A stretch of DNA of 64,000 nt from Mobula hypostoma (taxonomy: Eukaryota), in the NCBI RefSeq assembly GCF_963921235.1, contig NC_086128.1:4464001-4528000 (forward strand). Direction: 5' to 3'. The position numbers and the translations under genes were made by a program. Below, in pieces: positions 40,740 to 53,921 of this stretch (the first letter of the stretch is position 1; each line of letters starts with the position of its first letter). The notes under the pieces are model-generated. The model was not told the origin of the DNA and ran no database searches. It worked only from the letters and a program-made list of their open reading frames with translations.

Positions 40740-40965
40740 AGGCTTAGCATTTAGCACCAGCGATTGGGGATCCATTCCCACCGCTCTCTCTAAGGAGTTT
40801 GTATGTTGGCCCCATGATCGTGTGGGTTTTCTCTGAGTACTCCTGTTTCCGAAGACAAACGAGTAGTAAGTGGTGAGCCAAAAGTACGGCGACACCTCCG
40901 GGCTGCCCCAGTGCCTTTAGACAGCGTTTTTCGTACGTTTCGATGTATGTTTGACAAATAACGGT
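40740..40965 (+). mobile_element. Degenerate V-SINE-like element in the 3' flank of gene E
   Basis: ggagtttgtatgttggcccatgatcgtgtgggttttctctgagtactcctgtttcc resembles the V-domain consensus. Confidence 0.5.
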
Positions 40966-41185
40966 AATCTTTAGCGTAAAGAAATGCTCATATTGATGAG
41001 CATTTAGGACAGTATTTTATTTGGTCCGATATATTAACTAGGTTTCCTCTCCTCACAGATTGTGTATTCCATCATCTTCTATTTTCATAAATAGCTCTGG
41101 AAATTGTTTTATTTTCCTTCCAAAATGTAATATTAGTCCATTTTGGAGATCCTTTTACACATAAAATATTTGAATTAAGTAGTCA

Positions 41186-44100
41186 TCAGTCTTGGCTTTC
41201 TTTGATATTATCTCTGGAAAGTCTTCGGTGATCTTTATTGACTTTTCCCATAATTAAAAGGAGTTGTTGTAAATGTCTCCTGGTCCTATCGTGGATTATT
41301 TTCCAGGCACAGTCACTGAATCCCTAAAAGAGGAAAAGCAAAAAGTCAATATATTAGATAATAAACAGATATTAATTAGCTGTATGGATCTGTAAATAAT
41401 CATAGAGAATAATCTTAGCCAACTCACCTTCTGTTTCAGAAACTCTCTCAGTACATGAAAGTATTTAAGAATTGCAGCATTCTTCCTTGGTTTGGACTCT
41501 GAGCCTGGCTTCCGGACACAGACATCCAGCTCTTTGAGCTGCCGATCCAAGAGAAGCCTGAGGTGTTCCACTGAGCTCTGGACCCACGTGACTGAGCTCA
41601 GGTTCAAACTGTAGATCCTGCGGAGGTGATGCAGGGTCTGATGGACAATCCAGATCCTTTCCTGCGGCTGTGCAAAACACACATGGTGACATTAGAAGGG
41701 CTCTGATTCCAGTAAAGTTGAGAATTAGAACAGAATGCTTATCTAACATCAACCCCAAACAATAAACCCTCAGGGAGATGTTGAGGAAGAAAAAAGAAAG
41801 GAAATTATAGGCCAGTCAGCCTAACGTCAGTGGTTGGGAAGGTGTTGGAGTCTATTAATAAAGATGAGGCTTCAGGGTACTTGGAAACTAATGATAAAAT
41901 AAGTCTCCCATCTGAAAAGGGAAATTTTGCCTGACAAATCTGTTAAAGTTCTTCGAGGAAGTAACCAGCAGGGTGGACAAAGGAGAGGCCGTGGATGCAA
42001 TTTACTTGGATCTTCAGAAGGCATTTAATAAAATGCCACGCATGAGTCTGCCTACCAAGATAAAATACAATAGTGTTACAGGAAGATACAGGCATGGATA
42101 CAAGAATGGCTGACAAGCAGGAGGCAGAGAGTGGGAATAAGGGGGGCATTTTCTGGATGTTGTTCCAGTGTTGTTCCTCAGGGGTCAGTTTTGGGACTGC
42201 TGCTTTTCACAATGTTTGTCAGTGATTTAGATAATAGAGTTGATGTCCTTGTGGCAAGGTTTGCGGATGATATGAAGATAAGTGGAGGGATAGGTACTGC
42301 TGATTGCGGCAGGACTTAGACAAATTGGAAGAATGGGCAAAAATGTGGCAGATGGAATACAGTGTTGGGAAAGGTACTGTAATGCAGTTTTGTGAAAGTG
42401 CAGACTATTATCTAACTGGGGAGAAAATTCAAACATCAGAGGTGCAGAGGGACTTAGGAGTCCTCGTGTAAGACTCCCAGAAGGTTAATTTACAGGTTAA
42501 GAAGGCAAATGCAATGTTGACATTTATTTCAAGGGGAATAGAATATATAATCAAGGAGATAATGTTGAGGCTTTACAAGACACGAATCAGGCTGCAGTTG
42601 GAGTATTATCAACAGTTTTAGGCCCTATATCTCAGAAAGTATGTGTTCAGAAAGGAAAGAGACATGAGGAGGTTCACGAGGATAATTCCGGGAATCAAGG
42701 GGTTAACATATGAGGAACGTTTGGCAGCTTTGGGCCTGTACTCACTGGAATTTACAAGAATGCGTGGGGATCTTCGAAACCTACTGAATGTTGAAAGGAT
42801 GGATAAGATGGATGTGGAGAGAATGTATCCCTGTGGCGGGGGTGTCCAGAACTAGAGGGCACAGCCTCAACAGTGAGGGGCGACCTTTTAGAACAGAGGT
42901 AAGAGGAATTTCTTTAGCCGGAGAGTATTGATTCTGTGGAATGCTCTGCCACAGACTGAGGAGGAGACCAAGTCCGTGGGTATAGTTAAAGTGGAAATTG
43001 GTAGTTTCCTGATTGGTCAGGGCATCAAAGGATACGGCGAGAAGGCAGGTGTATGCGGTTGAGTGGGATTCGGGATCAACCATGATGCAGACTCGACTGG
43101 CTGAATGGCCTAATATGCTCCTATGTCTTATGGTCTTATAGGAATTGCAGTCCACGGTTTGCAGGTTAAACGGAGAGTGATCAACTTACTATTAGTAAAA
43201 CCTCAGTTGCACGACAGAATGTCAAAGTCCTTGACGGAGTGTGGAACTGATCTGCGAGAATAGCCTCAAAGATACAGGGACATTCAGTCAGAGCGCAGGG
43301 AATTTTGGTCAGATCCCCTCAAGAAAGAGGTGGTGAGGGAAGGATGGGTGTTCAGTAGATGTGCAATCAAATGAAGAGGAAGAAAATAATGTTGATGAAA
43401 CATGGGTTGTGTAAAAAGCTTGAACCGTAATGTATTCAGACAGTAGTATAAACAACAGTATGCAAAATAAGTCGTCCCAATGGTACATAGCGAAAGCGAG
43501 AACAAGTGAAAGAAGATTAAGGCTACACAGCAGAGAATGCAGATGCTAGAAGGTTAAGGGAAGGGAGACATATAAAGGGGAGAGCTGCACTTTGACAAAG
43601 GGCGCACTATATGACAATTAATGCGCAATGGCCATCACTCAAAACTTGAATGGAGGCAAGTCATAAAGCCAGATTTACATCAATATGATCTTCAACATTC
43701 TCAGTCCATGGTACCATCAAGTAGTAACTTAGTCACTAGCTTAAACTTACCTCGACACGTCATATAATACCAAGTAACTCTTCAAAAATTCTGAGAGTTT
43801 TTGCCCCTACCACTCTAACAGGCATTGTGTTTCAAATTCCGACTACAAACTGGGGGAATTATTTTTTTCCTTGGATTCCATCCAATCCTATTAATCCCTG
43901 CCTTCTACCTAGAGCGCTCGCTTTATATACAAAGCATTGGGTAAAGGTTTACAGCTATCTACATTTACATTTACAGAACCACGTTTTATATTCCACACCT
44001 CAGCCGCCTTCTTCATGATTCAAATGGACCAGCAATGATGTGGAATTATTTAACTATTCTGAAAGGTGAAACCTCACAGTCTGTCACGGCAGCATAGGTA

Positions 44101-44925
44101 TCAAGAAGAGCAGTCAGCTGTGGTGGACACAGGTTGCATGATTGAAGAGATGGGAGGATTTCCAGGATATCGATAGAAAATATAAATTCATTGCGTGGTT
44201 GAGATAATGAGAGAGTGAAACAAGATGGCGGGGGGGGGTGAGTCAAGGACGGTAATATGTTTAGAAGTGGAAACACAGTAGAACAAGTGAGATGATTGGA
44301 GAGAATTAGATACAAGAGAGTGAGCTACTAGTGAGTGTGTTACAGAGAGAGAGATGGAGGAGGGTGATCACTAAAGTGAAATCTATTCGGTATGCATGCG
44401 TTCTTCGGAGTCAGTGATAGTGATTCTTAAGAAGGTGATGTGCACAGAACAAAAGAAACGATATTCTGCTGTTACCACATTCTTCGGTTAGAGTTCAGAT
44501 CAGATTCTTCACAATATTTACATTAATGTTTTGAATAAATAATATTAAAGCAAAATCTAGAGTTTACTCACATGAACCTCCGCGGAAAGTTTCACCAGGT
44601 TCAAGGGCTGGGTCAGCTCCCCAGTCGCACACTGTCGGGGGAGGCGGCCACCCTGAGACAGAAGATACCAACGTTACTGACAATCCCCCCACACAGAAAC
44701 ACCGGGAGAACAGACTATTTGTAATCACCTGATTGTTAACAACGAACAGCCCGGGACTGTCAGGACCCGTCTCTGGGAGCAGGTTCAACTCACCATTTCA
44801 TTCAGTTTGCCCAGAGTCTCTGTGTTGCGAACTTGCAGTAACCGCAGCCTCTCACAGCCCAGGGTCAGGGTCACAGTCAAAAACAGCCACACACTGCAAA
44901 CTCTCCAAACACGGCCCAATGCCAT
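41186..44925 (-). CDS. Type I interferon gene E (variant: 3-aa deletion, CAWK, C-terminal extension), 196 aa
   Basis: Exons 44794-44925 (...GCERLRLLQVRNTETLGKLNEM), 44572-44652 (81 nt, GGRLPRQCATGELTQPLNLVKLSAEVH), 41428-41667 (PQERIW...KYFHVLREFLKQK), 41186-41323 (GFSDCAWKIIHDRTRRHLQQLLLIMGKVNKDHRRLSRDNIKESQD*). Frame intact; the usual TGA is CGA. Confidence 0.88.
41790..43140 (+). mobile_element. Decayed CR1 in intron 2 of gene E
   Basis: VPQGSVLG...ARFADD and RRFTRIIPGIKGLTYEERL remnants; ctatgtcttatggtctta tail. Confidence 0.85.
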
Positions 44926-45109
44926 CTTCACCCGATACAGAATAAAGCACCGATATGAGACTAGAATCAGCTCCGAAAACCGGTCTTGTTCGCCGACTGG
45001 AACTCAGGATATAGAAACGCCGCGGCTTGTGATCCGGGAGCGGACGCCGGTGCTGCCGAGTCCTGTATCTGGGGATCGTGTTGTGAGCTCTCTCTGCCAT
45101 ACTGCCGGA

Positions 45110-45256
45110 TTTTATATGTTAAAATCCGAAAATGGGTGACATTCGAAAAGTGAAATGACTGCGGAATATTTGGGAATGCGTCGGGAGAGAGCGACCTTCG
45201 CTCTGAAGTAAGGAATCTGAAAGCGGGAGAGTCCCGCAGCAACGACGGGAAAATCC
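45110..45256 (-). promoter_or_regulatory. Gene E promoter (same module as B)
   Basis: Same motifs at constant offset +30445 from gene B. Confidence 0.8.
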
Positions 45257-45966
45257 GCCACCGGAGAGAACAAGCAGCGCCCAGGCTCCGGACTTCTTGA
45301 CGGATTCAAGGTGTTTTGGAGGGAGGGTCAGGCTTGGCAGAGGACGAGGGTGGGATGAGGAAGTGACAGTGTCGGTGTATGGGTGGAGGCTGTATTTTAT
45401 CATGGTTATAGTAACACTGTGTCGTTCAGCGCTTATATTCGGATCCACAGAGAGAATTCCTGTTAAATCCGTCCTCGCACTCACCCAACTCCGGTGACAC
45501 CACAACACAAGGTGGACAGTGCCGAGAACCTTCGTCACAGCCAACCTGTGGCGATTCGCTCTGCGGGAGTAGACTTCCCCGTGACTGTGGTCGCTAAGTA
45601 CAGAATGCTTCTGATATCTGCGTTCTTTTAAAATACATTTCTGTTCTTTTTATTATTTAAACGCTTCCACTCCGATTCAGAAAGTGATGCAACCCTCTTC
45701 CCTATTGAATATAGATTCTAAAGATTTTCCTCTTTTTCCGTGTTGTAAGCACTTCACTCCACTTTATACCTTACGCTGTAGTTTTACACTCGCCAGAATA
45801 AGCAAGTACATACATTCTGTTGTGAGTTGTCTCAGTTTTATATTTCAATGTTGTTACACGGATTTAATCTCTTGGTTTTAGTTTTTTATATTTATTTTGA
45901 AACGAGAAATGGTTGAATCCGAAGTGAAAATGCCACAAGGACCAAGATGTACACAGCAGATGCCTC

Positions 45967-46166
45967 AAAGATGAGAAAATCTACAGATGCTGGAAATCCA
46001 AGCAAAACATACAAAATGTTGAAGGAACTCAGTAGGCCAGGCAGCATCTATAGAAAAGAGTCGGCATTTCGGGCCGAGACCCTTCTTCAGTCCTGGCTGT
46101 TTACTCTTTTCCATGGATGCTGCCTGTCCTGTTGAGTTACTCCAGCATTTTGTATGAGTCGGTTGA
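45967..46166. mobile_element. Penelope-derived ~200 bp fold-back element with 14-bp target-site duplication
   Basis: Inverted arms around a degenerate hammerhead core; flanks acagcagatgcctc (45953-45966) / acagcaggtgcctc (46167-46180). Confidence 0.75.
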
Positions 46167-46908
46167 ACAGCAGGTGCCTCTTGCAATAGTAACGAGAGGG
46201 AAGGTAAGGTTTTCTTTTCCCAGTTTACGTTGTACCTCACTCTGGCAGTGGAGGAGGTCCCCGTAGCACGAATGAGAGTGGGGTTGAGAATTACAGCGGT
46301 TTCAAACCCTTCAATCTGTAGTTTTATTTGATCATTTACAAACACGTTCAATTTCGGAAGTGACGAAACCCCCTTTTCTTGCCTCGGGTTACTTTCGCTT
46401 TTCTTCCAGTTGCAAACGGAGACGGAGTCTTTCCTGGGAGCAGCGGCAAGAAAGAAAAGCGATCGGGGTCTGGATCGCCATCCGACTCAGTGTCCAAGTG
46501 GTTCGATTTAAACGAGAAACCGAAATGTCTTATTTAAATACAGACTACAAACACACTCTGTGCTTAGAGAGCACGGTCACGGACTGGAGTACTCGCGCAG
46601 TGAGAGTCGCAGTGGCCTTGGCTTTCTGCGCTGACCACCCTGCGATGTGGTTTCATTGGAACTGGGTGAGTGCTAGGTGCGAATTTAACAGAATCTGTTT
46701 GTGGCTCCGAAGATCAGCTCTGAAACGCGCAGTGTAACTGTAACCCTGATAAAAATGCAGCCCCCATCGAGGCACGAACACAGTCACGTCCGCAAACCCA
46801 CCCTCGTTCCCTGCTAAAGCTGACCCACCCTCCACAACCCTTTTGACCCCCCGATCTGAACGACGCAAAAAATCCACAGCCTGGGCGCTGCTTGTTCTCT
46901 CCGGTGGC

Positions 46909-47055
46909 GGATTTTCCCGTCGTTGCTGCGGGACTCTCCCGCTTTCAGATTCCTTACTTCAGAGCGAAGGTCGCTCTCTCCCGACGCATTCCCAAATATC
47001 CCGCAGTCATTTCACTTTTCGAATGTCACCCATTTTCGGATTTTAACATATAAAA
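46909..47055 (+). promoter_or_regulatory. Gene F promoter (divergent partner of E)
   Basis: GGATTTTCCC, GGGACTCTCCC, TTTCACTTTTC, ATGTCA and TATAAAA; mirror image of the E promoter (coordinate sum 92165). Confidence 0.8.
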
Positions 47056-47239
47056 TCCGGCAGTATGGCAGAGAGAGCTCAGAGCACGATCCCCAGACAC
47101 AGGACTCGGCAGCACCGGCGTCCGCTCCCGGATCACAAGCCGCGGCGTTTCTATATCCCGAGTTCCAGTCGGCGAACAAGACCGGTTTTCGGAGCTGATT
47201 CTAGTCTCATATCGGTGCTTTATTCTGTGTCGGGTGAAG

Positions 47240-50200
47240 ATGGCATTGGGCCGAGTTTGGAGAGTTTGCAGTGTGTGGCTGTTTTTGACCGTGACCCTGA
47301 CCCTGGGCTGTGAGAGGCTGCGGTTACTGCAAGTTCTCAACACAGAGACTCTGGGCAAACTGAATGAAATGGTGAGTTGAACCCACTCCCAGAGACGGGT
47401 CCTGACAGTCCCGGGTGTTCATTGTTAACAATCAGGTGATTACAAATAGTCTGTTCTCCCGGTGTTTCTGTGTGGTGGGATTATCAGTAACGTTGATATC
47501 TTCTGTCTCAGGGTGGCCGCCTCCCCCGACAGTGTGCGACTGAGAGGCTGTCGTTGAAAACCAAGCCCCTGGACCTGGTGAAACTTTCGGCGGAGGTTCA
47601 TGTGAGTAAACTCTGGATTTTACTTTAACGTAATTTATTCGAGGCATTTGTGCAATGCTAAGAACCTGACCTGAAATTTAACAGGTGAACAAACTATTAC
47701 AGAATGTCAATGCTTTTTCTCCATGTCATTGGCTTTTTCTGTCACTCTGGCTCGGATTCTAAAGAAAACATTCAAAGGGAATATATCTGACAGCGGCTTT
47801 CACACCCTGTCGATCTCCTCCTGTGTTCCACTCACTGGCGGTCCACACTCTGTCTCTAACATCCTCTCCTCATCTCACATACTCTAACACGAAACATGCT
47901 GCTCTCTGTGACCGTCTGCTTGCTACTGTCACTCCCCCTCCCTGCACTTTCTGGTCACTCTGTCTGATGATCTCAACTACCCATTGAATTTATCCCTTCT
48001 GACCATCTGCTGCAAATCTTCTTATCCCCTCAAAATCTCCTCAAAGCATCACACAACCTGTGTCCACCATGGGTGATGAAATCAACTGCACTATCCCAAT
48101 AATCCAACACCTGATTTTAAGTGTCTCCTCCGACCTAGTTAAGTGATTCTTCATCTTAGCTGGCCCATTGGGATCAAGGAGGCGAGGGTTTTGTGTGTGT
48201 GTGTGGGGGGGGGGGCGGGATAGGGGTGTATCAAATTATGAGTGGTGGAATTAGAATGTACTGCATTATTCTTCCCCACAGCTGAGGTGTCTACATTGAT
48301 TTAAGACAAAAAAGTAAGAGGTTTGGATGGGATATTAGGAAAATATTCCTCCAGGGTATACTTGAAATTTGGAACCCAGCATCTGAAAAGATATTGAGGG
48401 CAGAAATTTTCACAACATTTAAGGAGTATCTACTGTATATGATTGCTTCAATTGCCAAGGCTACTGAGCAGCTATTGGTGAATGGAGCATGAGAACAATG
48501 CAGCACAGTACATGCACGATGTCTATTCTAATATCAATCTAACCCTTCCCTCCCTCATAGTTCTCCATTTTTTCTTTCTTCCATATCTCTATCTAACAGT
48601 CTCTGAAATGTCCCAAATGTATTTGCGTCGACCACCACCCTGGCAGGGCGTTCTATGCATCCACTATTCTCTGTGTAAAAGACCTACCTCTGACACTGCC
48701 CCCCCCCCATACATTCCTCCGAACACCTCAAAGTTATGCCCCTTGTATTAGCTATTTTTATCCTGGGAAAAAGTCTCTGTTGCACACTCTACCTTTGCCT
48801 GTTATCATCTTGTACACCTCTATCAAGTCACCTCTCGTCCTCCTTCTCTCCAAAGAGAAAAGCCCAAATTATCCTCATGAGATATGCCCTCTAATCTGAT
48901 CAGCATCATGGTAAATCTCCTCTGCACCCTCTCTAAAGCCATGTACTTCCTATATTGAAGTGAACAAAACTGAGCACAATACTCCAAATGTGGTCTAACC
49001 AGAGCTTTATAGAAGAGTTATAGAACTGCAACATTACCTCACAGCACTTAAACTCAATCCTATGAGTAACTCCATATGCCTTCTTAATCACCCTGTCAAC
49101 TTCCATAGCAACTTTAAGGGACCTATGAACATGGACTTCAAGATCCCGCTTTTCCTCCACTTAAGATCCCTGCCATTAACTCTGTATTCTGCCTTCAATT
49201 TTGACCTTCCAAAGCGAAACACTTGATACTTTTCTAGATTGAACATCATCTGCCATTTTTCAGCCCAGCTCTGCATTCCATGAATGTCCCATTGTAACCC
49301 AAATCAATCTTCTATTCTATGCATAACAACATCAATCTTTGTGTTATCTGCAAACTTACTAACTCTCCCTTCCGCTTCCTGATCTAAGTCATTTAAAAAT
49401 ATTACAAAGGGAAGGGTCTCAGAAAAGATTTTTGCAAACACCACGAGAGACAGACTTCCAGGCAGAATGTGTTCCATCTGCTACCACCTTCTGCCTTCTG
49501 TGGGCAAGCCAACTCTGAATCCACTTAGCCAAGTTTCCTTGAACTCAATGCCTCTTTACTTTTTGAATGAGCTTACCATGGGGAACCTTGTCAACTGCCT
49601 TACTAAAATCCATACATACAACATCCACTCTTCTGCCTTGGGGATTTCCTTAATTCGACTTGTGATAGCCTTTTCATGTCCAGTTCTAGCTCTTGTAAGT
49701 CCATTCATTAGCTGCTGCCTGGCTACTAGCAGATGAGATGGGCCAAATGGTCTAATTATGCTCCTATGTGCTATAGCCTACCTTGTAACTCTCAAGAGTC
49801 TGATCCTTCCTTACTAAATTTTAGGTACGTTTCTTTCTTCCTCTAAACTAGATGTTCCACTTCTCTTGTCAACCATGATTCCTTCACCCTACCATCCTTT
49901 CCTTGCCTGAATGGGGCAAACCTATCCAGAATCACATGCAAGTACTACAGCCTTCACATTTCCATTGTGCATTTCTCTGAGTGCATCTGTTCCCAATTTA
50001 TGCTCTCAAGTTTCTACCTAATAGCATCATAATTGACCTGCCCCCAATTAAATAATTTACAATACTGTCAGCTCCTATCCTTCTAAAAGGCTATGGTAAA
50101 GGTGTGGGAGTTGTAGTCACTGTCTCCAAAATGCTCATCTAAAAAAGATATGTCACCTGACCACGTTCATTGGCTAGAACCAGGCCTAATATGACCTCTC

Positions 50201-51892
50201 CTCTAGTTGGCCTGTCTGCATACTGTGTCAGGAATCCTTCCAGGACAGACCCAACATGCTCTGTCCCATCTAAACTTTTTGCACTGAAGAGCTGACAATC
50301 AATTTTAGAGAACTTGAAGTCACCAATGACAACAACCCTGTATCTTTCCAAAATCTGCCTCCCAATCTGCTGCTCAGTGTATTGGATGATGTTGGGGGGA
50401 TCTACAGAAATCTTTCAATAGAGTGACTGCTTCCTTGCTGTTTCTGACTTCCATCAACACTGACTCCATAGACGATCCCTCCAGGACGTCCTGCCTTTTT
50501 GCAGCTATGATATCATCCCTGATTAGCAATGCCACTCCCCCACCTCTTTTACCTCTCTCCCTGTCCCTTTTGAAAAATCTAAACCCCAGAAACTGCAGCA
50601 AAAAATTCCTGCCCTTGTGACAAATCCTCTGACCTATCAATCTGCTTTTGTATCACTCTGAATGAGATTTCTTTAGGTGGCTGCTTGATGGGTGGTATGG
50701 ACTGAGAGGACTCGAGCAGCTTTTTTTCTGTGACTCTTACTTGCCCCTACTCAAGTTCTGAAGTGTAGAAGATGATCTGCTTATCTTAAAAATGTGTGAT
50801 GGCCATTGGGCATCAGGTACCACAGGGTGCAGACACAGGGGACCTCAGCTCACATTACAAGACACCCCTAAAAAGTTCCTACTCCCATAGTCACCTGTCA
50901 TCTATTCCCCTAACCACTTCACTGACGTTCCAATTCCTTGGGCTAACATAATTACCATGCAACTGTTTATGTCATTGTCTTTATAAGTTACTGTTTAATC
51001 TTTTTAACAACCCATTCAGACAACTGTCTGTCTCACCTCCATGATTCTCCCCTTTATGAGATTGCAGATCTTTATAAAATCTCCCCCTCACTATTTCTGG
51101 TGAAAGGAGAGCAGACTAAATTCCTCTGGTCTCTGTGTAACTAACATCCTGTGGCATTGATGCCATTCCCTCATTCAGTCAAGCATCTTGTCATTCTTCA
51201 TCTAAGTCCTTATTTGTGGTTCATTGCTCATTCCCTGTTGAAACCTCTAACTGTACACTGCAATTGACAACGATGTGACCTTCAATTCACAGTTGTTAGT
51301 AGCCCTCCGTTTGAGGTCTGTATATTTTAAGTTGATGTTTGATTTTGTCTTGTACTAAGACTCATAAATGTTTTGTTCTAATTCTAAACGTTTGTGAGAC
51401 CACGACCCTACTAATGTCACCATGTGTGTTTTGCACAGGCACAGGAAAGGATCTGGATTGTCCATCAGACCCTGCATCACCTCCGCAGGATCTACAGTTT
51501 GAACCTGAGCTCAGTCACGTGGGTCCAGAGCTCAGTGGAACACTTCAGGCATCTCTTGGATCGGCAGCTCAAAGAGCTGGATGTCTGTGTCCGGAAACCA
51601 GGCTCAGAGTCCAAACCAAGGAAGAATGCCGCAATTCTTAAATACTTTCAGAAATTGAGAGAGTTTTTGAAACAGAAGGTGAATTGATATTAAAACATGT
51701 GCCTGCCAATACATTTATTTATCTACTTTATACTTGTTCATGATCTAATTTTTCACTATTGAGTACATTTGCCTTTTTCTTCCTCCCTTTTAGGGATTCA
51801 GCAACTGTGCCTGGGAGGTAACCCGCACTGAGACCACCATGCATTTAAAACAGCTCCTTCTCATTATGGCAAAAATCAGCAGAGATCACTGA
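47240..51892 (+). CDS. Type I interferon gene F, 4 exons, 186 aa
   Basis: Exons 47240-47371, 47512-47601 (GGRLPRQCATERLSLKTKPLDLVKLSAEVH), 51439-51678 (AQERIW...FRHLLD...KYFQKLREFLKQK), 51794-51892 (GFSNCAWEVTRTETTMHLKQLLLIMAKISRDH*). GT-AG phase 0. Confidence 0.94.
48490..50630 (-). mobile_element. Decayed CR1 fragments in intron 2 of gene F
   Basis: RDRERGKRGGGVALLIR, VVIGDFKF and WAEKWQMMFNLEK remnants. Confidence 0.8.
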
Positions 51893-52486
51893 AGATTTTC
51901 CAGAGTCAATTTTATAAGGGACCAAGATTTATGACTATTTATTTAAAATAACTTTCAAGGCAAAGTATATCTGAACCAGCTGATGTTACATTCAAAAATA
52001 AATTAAACTAAGTACAGTACTAGACATTTTAATGGAAACCCCAGCTGGTGCAAATACTCAGTGCCTGTGGAGATGAAATCTGAGTTAATTCCTCGAGTCA
52101 ATGCTCATAAACTTGAAACACTAATTGTTGCTCACTCCACTCAACAGCTGTCTGAGCTGTGCATGTTTTCAGTATTTTCTGTTTTTACTGTTTATTATAC
52201 AACCATATCAATACAATTTTCATCTGGCAAGTGATGTGGAAGGAATGTCTGGATCTTTTTCCATATCCAGTGTTGTGTTGAATTAATTTATTGCTATTTT
52301 TTGAATTAATTTATTGCTATTTTTTGTATTATTACTCAGTGATGAAATGTGAATTTAGTGAATGATACTATTCTTGTCCATTCATATCAAGACAGGCAGC
52401 TACTGCAATGCAATGATCCAATCCTGGAAAAGGTGCACTGTGGACAGCTTCTCACTCTATCTGCCATTCTGCACCTTATCTCTATT

Positions 52487-52814
52487 ACGGTTTTAAGGCA
52501 TCCGTTAGTCTTGCGAGACCATGGATCTGCACCTGGAAAGTCTTCACTCTCCAGGGCTCAGGCCTGGGCAAGGTTGTGTGGAAGACCAACAGTTGCCTAT
52601 GCTGCAAGTCTCCCCTCTCCACGACACCGATGTTGTCCAAGGGAAGGGCATGAGGACCCATACAGCTTGGCACCAGTGTCATCGCAGAGCAATGTGTGAT
52701 TAAGTGCCTCGCTCAAGGACACAACATCACACAACACCTGTTGCCATGGCTGGGGCACGAACTCACGACCTTCAGGTCGCTAGTCTAATGCCTTAACCAC
52801 TTGGCCACGTGCCC
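52487..52814 (-). mobile_element. tRNA-derived SINE in the 3' flank/UTR of gene F
   Basis: Minus strand starts gggcacgtggccaagtggttaaggc...gagttcgtgcccc (Pol III A and B boxes), then a gtgtccttgagcgaggcacttaa core; no complete tRNA cloverleaf. Confidence 0.8.
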
Positions 52815-53921
52815 ACATGGTTTACATCATTGTAGTTCTCTATCTAAATTAATCCCGGGTGGAATTTTGTTTCTCATAACTTCATTTACATGAAATTTTG
52901 CAATTTCTTTTGTCCAGCATCCTCTAGTGTTATCAGTTTGATCTGAGAGTTGTAGGTTTCAGCCCCTCTTCAAAGGTAACTTGTTTGTAGTTCTATTCCT
53001 TTTCCCAAAAATTCTTCCTCCAATTGTCATTTTTGCAATGGGAACATGCATTGGGAATGTTCTGACCTACACTTAGTACACAGGCTGTGAGTATGCAAAA
53101 CCATTCCTCTTGATTTCATCACTGATCTTCAGTGATCATAATGTGATTGCTCTCCCAATGGTTAGAAGATAAAGTTGTCCTAATTTATTTATACTGTATT
53201 TATTGTGATCATTTAAAAAAGTATGTACATGTAGCTCAAAAGTTTTAATTTATTATTACTGTGAAAAATACAATGGATAATATATTTTAAAATTTAATAA
53301 AAAATCAGTGAAGATGTTACTACATATTAATTATTCTGAATATTTCACATTTTTGGAATAAAAATTTGGGCATGCTGATCCTCCTCACAGAATATAACAT
53401 TTCTTCTTCTCATTCCTTGTTATAGGTACTTCCCCCACTTTATTCTTTCCCCTGCAATGTCACACTCCGCAGACAAAGCATATGAGTACACTTCAAAGTG
53501 ATTTGACGTGATTTTTATCTTCCCTGTATGATACTTGGTTTTCATCTTCATATTCTCCGTTTGAATGAGGAAGTGTTGAATCTGAAGTGAACATGTAACA
53601 CAGGCCTATATCTTAAAGCAGAAACCACACGCAGTGGTACTGTCACGGAGGATAAAGTGCTGCACTTCTTGCTTATATTGGGCTCATTGTGGTAGTGGAG
53701 GAGGCTGCAGTGAGGTCAGAATGGGATTGAGAACGAACGTGCTTTTAGATTCCAGCATCATAAATTCTAAATTAAAGTTTATTGTCAGAAGCATCAGTGC
53801 CCAGGTTATAAATGCCATGAAAATTAGTTTTTTTTTGCAGGAGCGGCACAGCATATTATAAACATTACAAACAGAAGTTAGCAAATATAACTTAGCAAAA
53901 AAAAAGAAGAGAGTATATCGA

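Noticed and set aside
52745-52814. tRNA-like sequence on the minus strand
   Set aside because: It is the head of a SINE with a core and tail; no proper acceptor stem.
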